Shown one piece after another: positions 36,701 to 48,693 of a stretch of 64,000 nt of DNA. The notes below the pieces were generated by a model. The model did no database searches. It was not told the origin of the DNA and was given only the letters and a program-made list of their open reading frames with translations. Position numbers and translations under genes: made by a program. This DNA is from Macrostomum lignano (taxonomy: Eukaryota), in the NCBI GenBank assembly GCA_002269645.1, contig NIVC01000200.1, positions 706,543 through 770,542 of the forward strand, written 5' to 3'. Positions within the stretch are counted from its first letter, which is position 1, and each line of letters begins with the position of its first letter.

Positions 36701-37212
36701 AGTAGTCAGGGGGCTTTGGGATTCATGGTCCCCTAATTGCTTCCAAAATTATGATGCCAATTCATTATGGGTTTAGTCACCCCAAAGGTGCCCCCCTGTC
36801 CCCCTACTAAAAATCCTTGTCATGCCACCTGCCAATAGCACCTCTTTTTTGGTCTAACAAGAAAAATCAATAGTTGTACAATTATAACTTATTGGACACT
36901 TTTTCTAACTAAAAAGAATATACAGTTATCCAGCTTAATTTTTTCACCATTGTGCACCATTCCAATGGTGCCAGTGTGTTTCCAAACTGTACTGACTTTA
37001 CTAATAGTAGTATAAGTAGTATAAAAATGCACTAAAAAGTTGTCAAAGGCGCTATAAGTTATACATTGGCTAGCTCATTTTGTCAACTCATTATTTAGTA
37101 ACGAAAAAATGGTTGGCATGTGTTAATAGTGTAATTACTATATTTGTTTTGGTGTTAAAACTTAAAATTTTTTATCCTCGGGTCTGGTTTTGGAAGTGTC
37201 TTTTCAATTGGG

Positions 37213-37822
37213 TAGGCGACATTTAGTTTGAATAGGCGAGATTTAGTTTGAATAGGCGACATTTAGTTTGAATAGGCGCCATTTAGTTTGAATAGGCGAG
37301 ATTTAGTTTGAATAGGCGCCATTTAGTTTGAATAGGCGACATTTAGTTTGAATAGGCGAGATTTAGTTTGAATAGGCGACATTTCATTTGAATAGGCGCC
37401 ATTTAGTTTGAATAGGCGACATTTCATTTGAATAGGCGCCATTTAGTTTGAATAGGCGACATTTCATTTGAATAGGCGCCATTTAGTTTGAATAGGCGAC
37501 ATTTCATTTGAATAGGCGCCATTTAGTTTGAATAGGCGAAATTTCATTTGAATAGGCGCCATTTAGTTTGAATAGGCGACATTTCATTTGAATAGGCGAC
37601 ATTTAGTTTGAATAGGCGACATTTCATTTGAATAGGCGCCATTTAGTTTGAATAGGCGACATTTCATTTGAATAGGCGACATTTAGTTTGAATAGGCGAC
37701 ATTTCATTTGAATAGGCGACATTTAGTTTGAATAGGCGACATTTCATTTGAATAGGCGCCATTTAGTTTGAATAGGCGACATTTAGTTTGAATAGGTGCC
37801 ATTTATTTTAAATAGGCGCCAT
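37213..37822. repeat. 20-bp minisatellite (AATAGGCGACATTTAGTTTG)n, ~30 copies
   Basis: Directly visible. Confidence 0.96.
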
Positions 37823-38792
37823 ATTCGTGTACTTTCCTTGCCCTTCCCTTGGCTACACCCACCAGTTTAGCAACTCTGTGCACTCCTGTAAGAAATAATC
37901 TTTCGCTAGTTATTTCTGCTAGGAGTGCTTTCCCTGTAACTAATCAATAACTATTTAAAATTTTGCTCATTAATTGGATAAATGAAACTAGATCGATCCG
38001 ACCTGAGCAACTTTTATGCTATAAATTTATAGTTTAGCTGCACTCAGTAAAGTGGCAGCCAAGCTGAAGCTTAAACACTAAATCTCGAGCAAATGTCTCT
38101 CGCTTAAATTTGTACGTAATTACTCTTTCTCTTACACCCCACCCGGCCTTTTCCGTGCATTTCTTCTTTCTTAGAAAACTGCTGTAGCAACCCATTAATT
38201 TCATATATTCCACGCCAATTTAATAGTCACTTAAGCCTGTATAATATTTGCATTTGGCTTTAGCCATGGGGTAAGAGAGAGACAGAGACAGGGGGACTGC
38301 AACTTTACCGTGTGTTCTCTCACCATTCGATTGAATACCATTTCAGCGTATTTTATGAAAAGATTTTCGTCTTTGTGGGTGGGTCAGAGTTGTGGGCTCT
38401 TAAAAGAATCAGCCAGCGTGAAAAAAAAGATTTGCCTAGACAAAGTCCGCGATTGTTGTAAACAAGTAACAACGTAGAGAAGAAAAACAAAATAAAATTA
38501 GGGCACAGCTGCTGGGGGTCGATTCAAGGCTATTTTCTAAGAAGTGCTGCAAAGAAGCAGCAACGCTAAATTATTTAAAGTAACTTGTTTAAAGGCCCAT
38601 TTGGCACTAAATTAATAACTTTATTATCTTCTGTGCTAGACATTCGATTCTGTAGTAATGAAAATAGTGCTTTTCATCTCTCTAATGTAAGCTTTATTAC
38701 ATTATAATGTTAGATTTGAGGTTTTTGCACCAATTCTGCCCAGAAGATTTTCGTGTGATTCACAGCCATAAGGTCGAACGACCACGAGGCTG

Positions 38793-41370
38793 GGCGCTTT
38801 CATATTTCCGAAATTTCATGTCTCCAAAAGCACCTCTTTCATAAATCTGACCCTTCAAATATCCGACAGGCAAAACTCTAAACCTAAACCCGAATGGAGA
38901 TATGAATTGTCGGATATATGAAGTGTCGTAGATATGAAGTGTCGGAGATATGAAGTGTCGTAGATATGAAGTGTCGGAGATATGAAGTGTCGTAGATATG
39001 AAGTGTCGGAGATGTGAAGTGTCGGAGATATGAAGTGTCGGAGATATGGAGTGTCGGAGATATGAAGTGTCGGAGATATGAAGTGTCGGAGATATGGAGT
39101 GTCGGAGATATGAAGTGTCGGAGATATGTAAGTGTCGGAGATGTGAAGTGTCGGAGATGTGAAGTGTCGGAGATGTGAAGTGTCGGTGATGTGAAGTGTC
39201 GGATATGTGAAGTGTCGGAGATGTGAAGTGTCGGAGATATGAAGTGTCGAATATATGAAGTGTCGGAGATGTGAAGTGTCGGATATATGAAGTGTCGGAG
39301 ATGTGAAGTGTCGGAGATTTGAAGTGTCGGGGATGTGAAGTGTCGGGGATATAATGTGTCGGAGATATGAAGTGTCGGAGATGTGAAGTGTCGGAGATAT
39401 GAAGTGTCAGAGATATAGAGTGTCGGGGATATAATGTGTCGGAGATATGAAGTGTCGGAGATGTGAAGTGTCGGAGATATGAAGTGTCGTAGATATGAAG
39501 TGTCGGGGATGTGAAGTGTCGGAGATATGAAGTGTCGGGGATGTGAAGTGTCGGAGATATGAAGTGTCGGAGATATGGAGTGTCGGAGATATGAAGTGTC
39601 GGAGATATGAAGTGTCGGAGATATGTAAGTGTCGGAGATGTGAAGTGTCGGAGATGTGAAGTGTCGTGGATATAATGTGTCGGAGATATGAAGTGTCCGA
39701 GATGTGAAGTGTCGGAGATATGTAAGTGTCGGAGATGTGAAGTGTCGGAGATATGAAGTGTCAGAGATATGGAGTGTCAGAGATATGGAGTGTCGGGGAT
39801 GTGAAGTGTCGGAGATATGAAGTGTCAGAGATGTGAAGTGTCGGGGATGTGAAGTGTCGGAGATGTGAAGTGTCGGGGATATAATGTGTCGGAGATATGA
39901 AGTGTCGGAGATGTGACGTGTCGGAGATGTGAAGTGTCGGACATATGAAGTGTCAGAGATATGGAGTGTCAGAGATATGGAGTGTCGGGGATGTGAAGTG
40001 TCGGAGATATGAAGTGTCGGAGATGTGAAGTGTCGGACATATGAAGTGTCGGAGATATGAAGTGTCGGGGATATAATGTGTCGGAGATATGAAGTGTCGG
40101 AGATGTGACGTGTCGGAGATGTGAAGTGTCGGACATATGAAGTGTCAGAGATATGGAGTGTCAGAGATATGGAGTGTCGGGGATGTGAAGTGTCGGAGAT
40201 ATGAAGTGTCGGAGATGTGAAGTGTCGGGGATGTGAAGTGTCGGAGATATGAAGTGTCGGGGATATAATGTGTCGGAGATATGAAGTGTCGGAGATGTGA
40301 AGTGTCGGACATATGAAGTGTCAGAGATATGAAGTGTCGGAGATGTGAAGTGTCGGACATATGAAGCGTCAGAGATATGAAGTGTCGGATATGTGAAGTG
40401 TCGGAGATGTGAAGTGTCGGAGATATGTAAGTGTCGGAGATGTGAAGTGTCGGAGATATGAAGTGTCGGAGATGTGAAGTGTCGGAGATATGAAGTGTCG
40501 GAGATGTGAAGTGTCGGACATATGAAGTGTCAGAGATATGGAGTGTCGGGGATGTGAAGTGTCGGCCATATGAAGTGTCAGAGATATGGAGTGTCAGAGA
40601 TATGGAGTGTCGGGGATGTGAAGTGTCGGAGATATGAAGTGTCGGAGATTTGAAGTGTCGGGGATGTGAAGTGTCGGAGATATGAAGTGTCGGGGATATA
40701 ATGTGTCGGAGATATGAAGTGTCGGAGATGTGAAGTGTCGGACATATGAAGTGTCAGAGATATGAAGTGTCGGATATGTGAAGTGTCGGAGATGTGAAGT
40801 GTCGGAGATATGTAAGTGTCGGAGATGTGAAGTGTCGGAGATATGAAGTGTCGGAGATATGAAGTGTCGGAGATATGAAGTGTCGGAGAGTGTGAAGTGT
40901 CGGAGATATGAAGTGTCAGAGATATGGAGTGTGTGAAGTGTCGGAGATATGAAGTGTCGGAGATGTGAGAGTGTCGGAGATATGATGTCGGAAGTGTCGG
41001 AGAGATATGAAGTGTCGGAGATATGAAGTGTCGGATATGTGTCGGAGATATGAAGTGTCGGAAGTGTCGAATATGAAGTGTCAGAGATATGAAGTGTCGG
41101 ATATGTGAAGTGTCGGAGATGTGAAGTGTCGGAGATATGAAGTGTCGTAGATATGATGTGTCGGGGATGTGAAGTGTCGGAGATATGAAGTGTCGGGGAT
41201 GTGAAGTGTCGGAGATATGAAGTGTCGGAGATATGGAGTGTCGGAGATATGAAGTGTCGGAGATATGAAGTGTCGGAGATATGGAGTGTCGGAGATGTGA
41301 AGTGTCGGAGATGTGCAGTGTTGGAGATGTGAAGTGTCGGAGATGTGAAGTGTCGGAGATGTGAAGTTGT
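38793..41370 (+). mobile_element. Non-autonomous element with massively expanded 16-bp array (GGAGATATGAAGTGTC)n, ~150 copies; long copy of the 1808-2250 family
   Basis: Left arm TTTCATATTTCCGAAATTT...CCCTTCAAATATCCGAC, then AAACCTAAACCC, then the array in the opposite orientation to the arm subunits. Confidence 0.75.
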
Positions 41371-42242
41371 GCAGCGGCCCTGACTGTCTGATCGTCAGGC
41401 AGTTACACCCTCTGTGCCTTAGGGGCTGGCCATCATGGGTATGAATCGCACCTGGGCCAATTCTCATGCGCACACAAGCCTAAATGAATGTGGCAGCGCA
41501 CGATATTGAACCGGTGGTCGTGACGCGGAGAGTCGGATGCGTTTACCGCTGAGATGCTCAGCCCCTCGGGCCAGTATCCAAGGCAGAAGTATCAGATTGC
41601 ATTCAGGCAGCTCTAAAAGCCCGTAACCCCTTGTCTCCCTGTCTCTGGTGCTTCTATATAGCCAATTCATCTCATTTTTACCGTTACTCGCAGACCAACT
41701 CGAACAAAATCTGCATTTCAGTTTAGCGTGTCTGCCTGTGCGTGCGTGCATTTGTGCTGGCTTCCAGCTCTTCTCCACTGCGGTAGAAAAGTGAGCAGTC
41801 TGCACAGTTTAAAACTTAAAATACAAGACTTCGGCGATAAATGTGCATTAGACGGCTATTCTGCAAGACTGCGAGAGTATGAATGCAATTCGAATGGGGG
41901 GGGGTTTACAAGCGAGTTCGTTCGGGGTGGCTGGCACAGCCCCACCCAAGCAAACTTCGAGCACATAGCGCGCTATGCCGGCTGGAGTGTCTGGCAAACT
42001 CTATTAAACCTCGAGCCTAAACAAGCAACCTGCGTTGTTTGGTCCGTAAGGGCAGAACGGTTTTTTCTCTCCTGCGGCGTTTTCGACCTGCCATTCAGAC
42101 CTTTTTTTCTGTTCTATCCAAAACTAATATATAAGCGTAAGTTTTATGCTCAGATAGTGGCTCAACGCTAAATTCTAGGGACTCATAAGTGTTGTTTGAG
42201 TCGGATTAGTTTAATTATAAAACCGAAACTTCAAACTTCATC

Positions 42243-43307
42243 ATGACTGCCGCTTCCAGTCCGTTGCTGCTGAGGCGATCCTTGTCGCTCGCACCGCAGC
42301 CTCCGCCGCATCATCAGCATTTACACATTCACCAGCGCATTGGTAAGCCGCGACAGCCACAGCGACAGAATAGTAACACTAATAGTAACAGCGGTGGTAG
42401 TACGAACGGCAGTAATATGAGCAGAGAGCAGTTGGCTCAACGGCTGAGACACAACTGGGCTGCAAGAGACACGCAGGTTCAGCAACAGCAACAGCAGCAA
42501 ACTGCGGCAGCTGTGATGGCCGCAGCAGCAGTTAACCACGACGCTCTGTTTTCACCGACAGCTGTTGGCAAGTTGGCAGCTGCCGCGGCCGCCGCCGCGG
42601 TGACTGGAAATGGTGGTGGCAGCGGTGCGACGGACATGGATCTGACTAACCTAGGCTGGCTACAAGTAAGCACTGAGTTTTGATTGGCATGGATTTTTTT
42701 TTTCTGCTAAACGTAAACGTAAGCGCGCTAATATAGCAATGCTAAGCTAACAGTCTGCGTAGAAAGAAGAGTTAGAAAAGATAGGACCCTTTGACAAACA
42801 AGCGTGGAGGGAGAAGCGTTTACTGCTAGAGCTGTTTATTCAAGATAAAGACAGCTTAGATCTTAAAGTACGAATTGATGCTTTAGCCGACGGGGGTGTG
42901 TGGTGCATAATCCTGCAACTAGCGTCTCGTTATCAACCTCGCAGAACATGAACCTGATGAAGCTGACTCCGCCAACTCCGCCAGCTTCGCCGCAGCCTCC
43001 ATCGGCGGCCGCAATGGCGGCAGCGGCTGCAGCAGCGGACGCAGCTGCCGCTGCATCTGCAGCCGCATCGGCGGTGGCGGTGCTTGGCTCCGAGGTGATT
43101 CTAGTCGAGCAAACGGTAGCTGACTCTCTGCAGTTCTATACACAGCAGCAGCATCAGCAGAGCTACCTGTCAGCTTCCGGTAATTCGAGGCCCAACCTCC
43201 ATCGAGCAATCTCTTCGCCAAATTTTCAACCTTCAACAAACGGTGGGTTGCCGTATGCAAATCAGTCGCTATTGACGTCGCAGCATCATCATAGTCAGCA
43301 GCAGCAT

Positions 43308-43342
<35 letters not shown>

Positions 43343-46300
43343 ACATCAACAATCGTTGATTCAACTGCCACCATCGGCGCCTCCAATCCCACCGAAGCCA
43401 GATCCGGAATATGCGGCCGATCCGACCCTCCGACCGCCCTATTCTTTTTCTACTCTAATCTACATGGCGTTGAAAAGTCTGAAGAAATCGAAAATGACTC
43501 TGCAGGAAATCTGCGACTGGATTGGGGCGCATTTTGCATTCTATGGCAGTTCGGCCGATCAAAGCTGGCAGGTGAGGAGTTATAGTCGCAGTGATTAAGT
43601 ACGCGCTAGCAATCAATTAAAAAGGTGCTCTTGCTGCTGAAAATAAGAGAGCATTGTACAGGTATAAAGGTATTAGTTGTGATTCACGTGGTACCTGAGA
43701 TATTTCTGTTTTCTCAGAAATACCATTCGATGTACAAGGAATGTACACCTTTTTACTTTCTATTTTGAAAAATCTGCACTCAATATTGCATGGTATCGCT
43801 TGTAGAAATGTTCAACCTATTTTGACAAACTCAAATGCAATAATGACGAATTTCAACCGAAAATGACAAACCTTTATTAACAATTTGCAAGCAACTTTGA
43901 CAATCGGTTACAAAACAGTGCCTCTGTCTCGCCGTCTATGGAACAAAGCTTGCATATGTGCACCCATTTTTGACAGATTGCATCCAAAAGTGACAGATTG
44001 CATTAGCACACATTGAAAAAAACCTTAGTTAGCCGTATAAAATACACTAGCTAATCAGTTTGCCAAGTCGTATTACGTTCTGTATGGCAGGTCCGCGATT
44101 CAACGCCAAAGTTAGCGACGACGACAGGAGGCGGTTAACCCAGTAATTAACCGGTTAACTACTGCCCATGAGAATGGTGACGACTTTTTTACCTGGCTCG
44201 TGCCTTGGGGATCAAAAGAACCACTGCAGCGTATGCCGTTGGTAGAATTGGACGAGTAGAAAAGCTGCCAAATGGAGATCAGCCGTTCAGATCAGAGTTA
44301 ATCAGGCCATGCTGGCGGTTTCATGAAGAACTCGATTTAGTCAAATCCCAATATTGCTCTGGCCAGGACCTGGGATCAGCGAACACTCGCCGGGGCGATT
44401 GGCCAGGGCAAACTCTCACTGGATCAGCCAGGGCGCGTAGGCCCCGCTAGGGTTGGGATCGGATCTTTAATTGTCACTTTTGGATGCACTCTGTCAAAAA
44501 TGGATGCACATATGCAAGCTTCGTTCCATAGACGGCGAGACAAAGGCACTGTTTTGTAACCGAGTGTCAAAACTGAATGCACACTGTCAAAATTGCTTGC
44601 AAATTGTTAATAAAGATTGAAGTTTGTCATTTTCGGTTGAAATTCGTCATTATTGCATTTGAGTTTGTCAAAATAGGTTGAACATTTCTACAAGCGATAC
44701 CATGCAGACTGTCAAAATTGAATGCAAACATGTCAATATTGAGTGCAGATTTTTCAGAAAAGAAAGTAAAAAGGTGTAGCACGGTGTCTGAGGAATCTGA
44801 TGCGGTGGCTAAGGGATCTGATAGGGATCTGATGCGGTGTCTGAGGGATCTGATAGGGATCTGATGCGGTGTCTGAGGGATCTGATAGGGATCTGATGCG
44901 GTGTCTGAGGGATCTGATAGGGATCTGATGCGGTGTCTGAGGGATCTGATAGGGATCTGATGCGGTGTCTGAGGGATCTGATGCGGTGTCAGAGGGATCT
45001 GATGCGGTGTCAGAGGGATCTGATAGGGATCTGATGCGGTGTCTGAGGGATCTGATGCGGTGTCTGAGGGATCTGATAGGGATCTGATGCGGTGTCTGAA
45101 GGATCTGATGCGGCGGCTAAGGGATCTGATGCGGTGTCTGAGGGATCTGATGCAGTGTCAGAGGGATCTGATGCGGTGTCTGAGGGATCTGATAGGGATC
45201 TGATGCGGTGTCTGAAGGATCTGATGCGGTGTCTGAAGGATCTGATGCGGTGGCTAAGGGATCTGATGCGGTGTCTGAGGGATCTGATGCGGTGTCTGAG
45301 GGATCTGATGCGGTGTCAGAGGGATCTGATAGGGATCTGATGCGGTGTCTGAAGGATCTGATGCGGTGTCTGAAGGATCTGATGCGGCGGCTAAGGAATC
45401 TGATGCGGTGTCTGAAGGATCTGATGCGGTGTCAGAGGGATCTAATGCGGTGTCAGAGGGATCTGATGCGGTGTCTGAGGGATCTGATGCGGTGTCAGAG
45501 GGATCTGATGCGGTGTCAGAGGGATCTAATGCGGTGTCAGAGGGATCTGATGCGGTGTCAGAGGGATCTGTTTGGGCTAGTTTCAGAATTTTTTCTTACA
45601 GACACTGTAGACAGTTGATCGAAAGTGGCAAAATACGGTATTTATTCAATTGGGACCTGTTTTCGAAATGTTCCAACAATTATTCAAAGTAAACACTACA
45701 TTTTATCGTGGTTTGACCAACTCTGATCTGTGGCATACAGCCAGTTAGTTAACGCCCAACCAACTATGAATTTAAGTTAATTGAAGACTCAATTAAGCTT
45801 CGCCGTTTAACTGAATCTTATCTTATCTATTGTGCTGAGCAGTTTTAAGAAGAATAAACCTAAACTTTACTCTTTTATCTAATCTGTCTGTCTGACAGCA
45901 GTGTCTTCTAATCCTCTTGTGAGTAGGAATTTTTTATAGTTAGCCAATTTCATAGAATGACATGCAGAAGTTTTTCGCATCCTGACAATGCACTTTTAGG
46001 GAGACTATATCCTCATATTTTAATACTAGTTGGCTCTATGAAGTCATTATATATTCTCTCTGAAGCAGCAAAATTCTCTTCACAATAGCAGAGAGCTGTG
46101 TTAGTAGGCTGGCCGTAAACTGGACAATGGGTCGTGTACTATATAAAGTTTTTAACCATGGCGAGTACGCCATTGGGGAGCTTTCTTCCCACGGTTGGGA
46201 CGAGATGGGAGCTGAGTGAGACATCGCCTGGAGTAAGAGATGATGAAGAGAACGCGGGAACTGTGCAAACACTGTTGTAGCGCAAAGGAAACTTTGCAGA

Positions 46301-48693
46301 AAAAAATCAAATAGCAATTCTGCTTTTTACTTGATTTATTAACGATTTAAAACTGGCGAAGATGCATCAGTACGTGTTTTATGGCCCATGTACCTGAGGA
46401 AAGATGGGTAGAGCTTTGGAGACATTTTTCAATGCCCATATTTGGAGATGTGTTATCGGGCGCAGGGGCGTCGCCATATGGACTTTATGGTGGGGGGGCA
46501 AAGCCAAGAATTCTACATGTACAGTGTACATGTACATTATTTTCAGAATCAGTGTTATCAGCGCTCATTTGGGCTCCGCAGGCTCTCATTTTGGTGCCAC
46601 AGGCACTGATTTTAGCACCGCAGGCTCTCATTTTGGTGCCACAGGCACTCATTTTGGTGCCACAGGCACTCATTTTGGCGCCGCAGGCTCTCATTTTGGT
46701 GCCACAGGCACTGATTTTAGCGCCGCAGGCACTCATTTTGGCGCCGCAGGCACTCATTTTGGCGCCGCAGGCACTCATTTTGGCGCCGCAGGCACTCATT
46801 TTGGCGCCACAGGCACTCATTTTCTATGGCGCCGCAGGCACTGATTTTGGTGCCACAGGCACTCATTTTCTATGGCGCCGCAGGCACTGATGTTGGTGCC
46901 ACAGGCACTCATTTTCTATGGCGCCGCAGGCACTGATTTTGGTGCCACAGGCACTCATTTTCTATGGCGCCGCAGGCACTGATGTTGGTGCCACAGGCAC
47001 TCATTTTCTATGGCGCCGCAGGCACTGATTTTGGTGCCACAGGCACTCATTTTCTATGGCGCCGCAGGCACTGATTTTGGTGCCACAGGCACTCATTTTC
47101 TATGGCGCCGCAGGCACTCATTTTGGCGCCGCAGGCACTGATTTTGGCGCCGCAGGCACTCCTTTTGGTGCCATATGCCCTCATTTTAGCGCCCCAGGCA
47201 CTCATTTTAGCGCCCCAGGCACTCCTTTTGGCGCCGCAGGCACTCATTTTGGCGCCGCAGGTACTCATTTTGGCGCCGCAGGTACTATATTTTGCCACCC
47301 TGAAGCAAAATTTATTTCCATAACGGGTCACAAAGTTGGGTGGGTGGGGTGGGCAAAGCATTGGCATGTCCCCCATAGTTTTTACTGGGGGGACATGTTC
47401 CCCTTGTCCCCACCCCCGGTGGCGACGCCCCTTATCGGGCAACACAACGCATACTTATCCCAATAACCCAACTTGTTGGCCAGCTAGTAGCTTGTAAAGC
47501 TCGTAGTTACCGACTCTAAAATTATCTCCAACAACCCCCGTCTCTCCCAGAGCGCCGTCCGCTACAACCTGACCCTCAATCGTTGCTTCCAACGCGTACC
47601 TCGACGCAAAGACGAAGCGGCCAGCCGTGGTGGCAGCGGAAGCGCCGGCAGTTGCGGCGGCTACTGGCGCCTGAATCCAGACTACACTGGCCAGTTTGAG
47701 CTGGCTAATGCGCAGCAGCAGCAGTACCAGCATCATCAGGTGTCGCCTTCATCTCACGGATTGTTAAAGCGTCAACGCTCAACGCAGCCTCAGCATCATC
47801 ATCAGCTGCCGCCACCGCCATTGCATCTTTTCGATTCGCCTCTTGTAAACGGCGGCGCCGGTTTCCATGGCACCAACAATCGACGGCATCACAGTCACGA
47901 TGAACAAACTGACGAGTCGCCGTTGCTAAGCGACCACCCGGCGGCGGCAAAGCTGAGGCGAATCCAGGATGAGAGCAGATTTGGCAACGGAAGAAGCGTC
48001 GATGCGGACAGCGGCGGCAGACACGACTCCAGCGGTCACTGGGTGTCCATGGCTCTAAGCGGCGGCCCTGTGGAGACTCGAGTCCGCGACCCGACCCTGA
48101 CGGCTCAGCCGGCTTCAACAGCGGCAGCAGCTGCCGCAGCCTCTGCCGCCGCCGCCGCAGCCACGGCCGTCTCTGTAGCGGCGACAACGGCAGCCGCAGC
48201 GGCGGCCTCCGTCGCGGTTTCCACTCTGACAGCATCGTCAGTTTCACTGACGCCAGGCAAAGACTCTACAGCGGCCACCGCCGTGTCGAACGTTGGCGCC
48301 GACTCTCTCGTAGCTCTACCAGGCGGCATCATCGGCGTCGGAGATCTCGACGAAGACGAGCGCTGGCTGTTTGAACCGGATGACGACGCTGTACTGGCTG
48401 ACCCGACGCCGGCGCTTGACATGTCGAATCCCGACAGCTTGCTGGATTTGACGCTGCACGGCATGGCCCTGCCGCCGCCCAGCTGGTGGCTCACCAACGG
48501 GTCCAACCACGGTGGCATGGGTGATCAGCATCAGCAGCATCAGAATCCTGCCAGTTTGAATGGCTCTTTGAACGGCCTCATGATCGGCCTGCCGAGCACT
48601 CCGTCCCCCATTATGCAGCACGAGCAGGACGAATGGATCGACGAGAATTTTGTCGGGGCTGTTGGTTCGCTTGACAACTTGCTGGGTATTTAA
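42243..48693 (+). CDS. FoxJ1: FoxJ1-like forkhead transcription factor, 3 exons (42243-42665, 42945-43571, 47551-48693), 730 aa
   Basis: All phase-0 GT-AG joins. N-terminal DLTNLGWLQ|NMNLM motif. Forkhead domain PEYAADPTLRPPYSFSTLIYMALKSLKKSKMTLQEICDWI...SWQ|SAVRYNLTLNRCFQRVPRRKDE...GGYWRLNPDY. The SWQ, VPRxKDE and GG(F/Y)WR..PxY features match FoxJ1 better than FoxN2/3. Poly-Q and poly-A tracts. Confidence 0.85.
43746..44776. mobile_element. Long-TIR MITE / foldback element with TA target duplication, in FoxJ1-like intron 2
   Basis: 43746-~44000 is the reverse complement of ~44468-44776; the right arm carries two small internal duplications. TA flanks at 43744-45 and 44777-78. Confidence 0.8.
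44783..45570. repeat. 21-bp minisatellite (GTGTCTGAGGGATCTGATGCG)n interleaved with an 11-bp subunit (AGGGATCTGAT)
   Basis: Directly visible. Confidence 0.94.
46462..47432. mobile_element. hAT-like MITE carrying an internal 21/23-bp minisatellite (GGCGCCGCAGGCACTCATTTT)n at ~46560-47290
   Basis: TIRs AGGGGCGTCGCCA / TGGCGACGCCCCT. Flanking direct repeat (T)TATCGGGC at 46453-46461 and 47432-47440. Confidence 0.75.

Noticed and set aside
42900-43598. Assignment of the forkhead gene to FoxN2/3
   Set aside because: DLTNLxWL occurs in both classes, but SWQ, VPRxKDE, GG(F/Y)WR and the xYAxxPxx(K/R)PPYS context fit FoxJ1 better; a phylogeny is needed to be certain.
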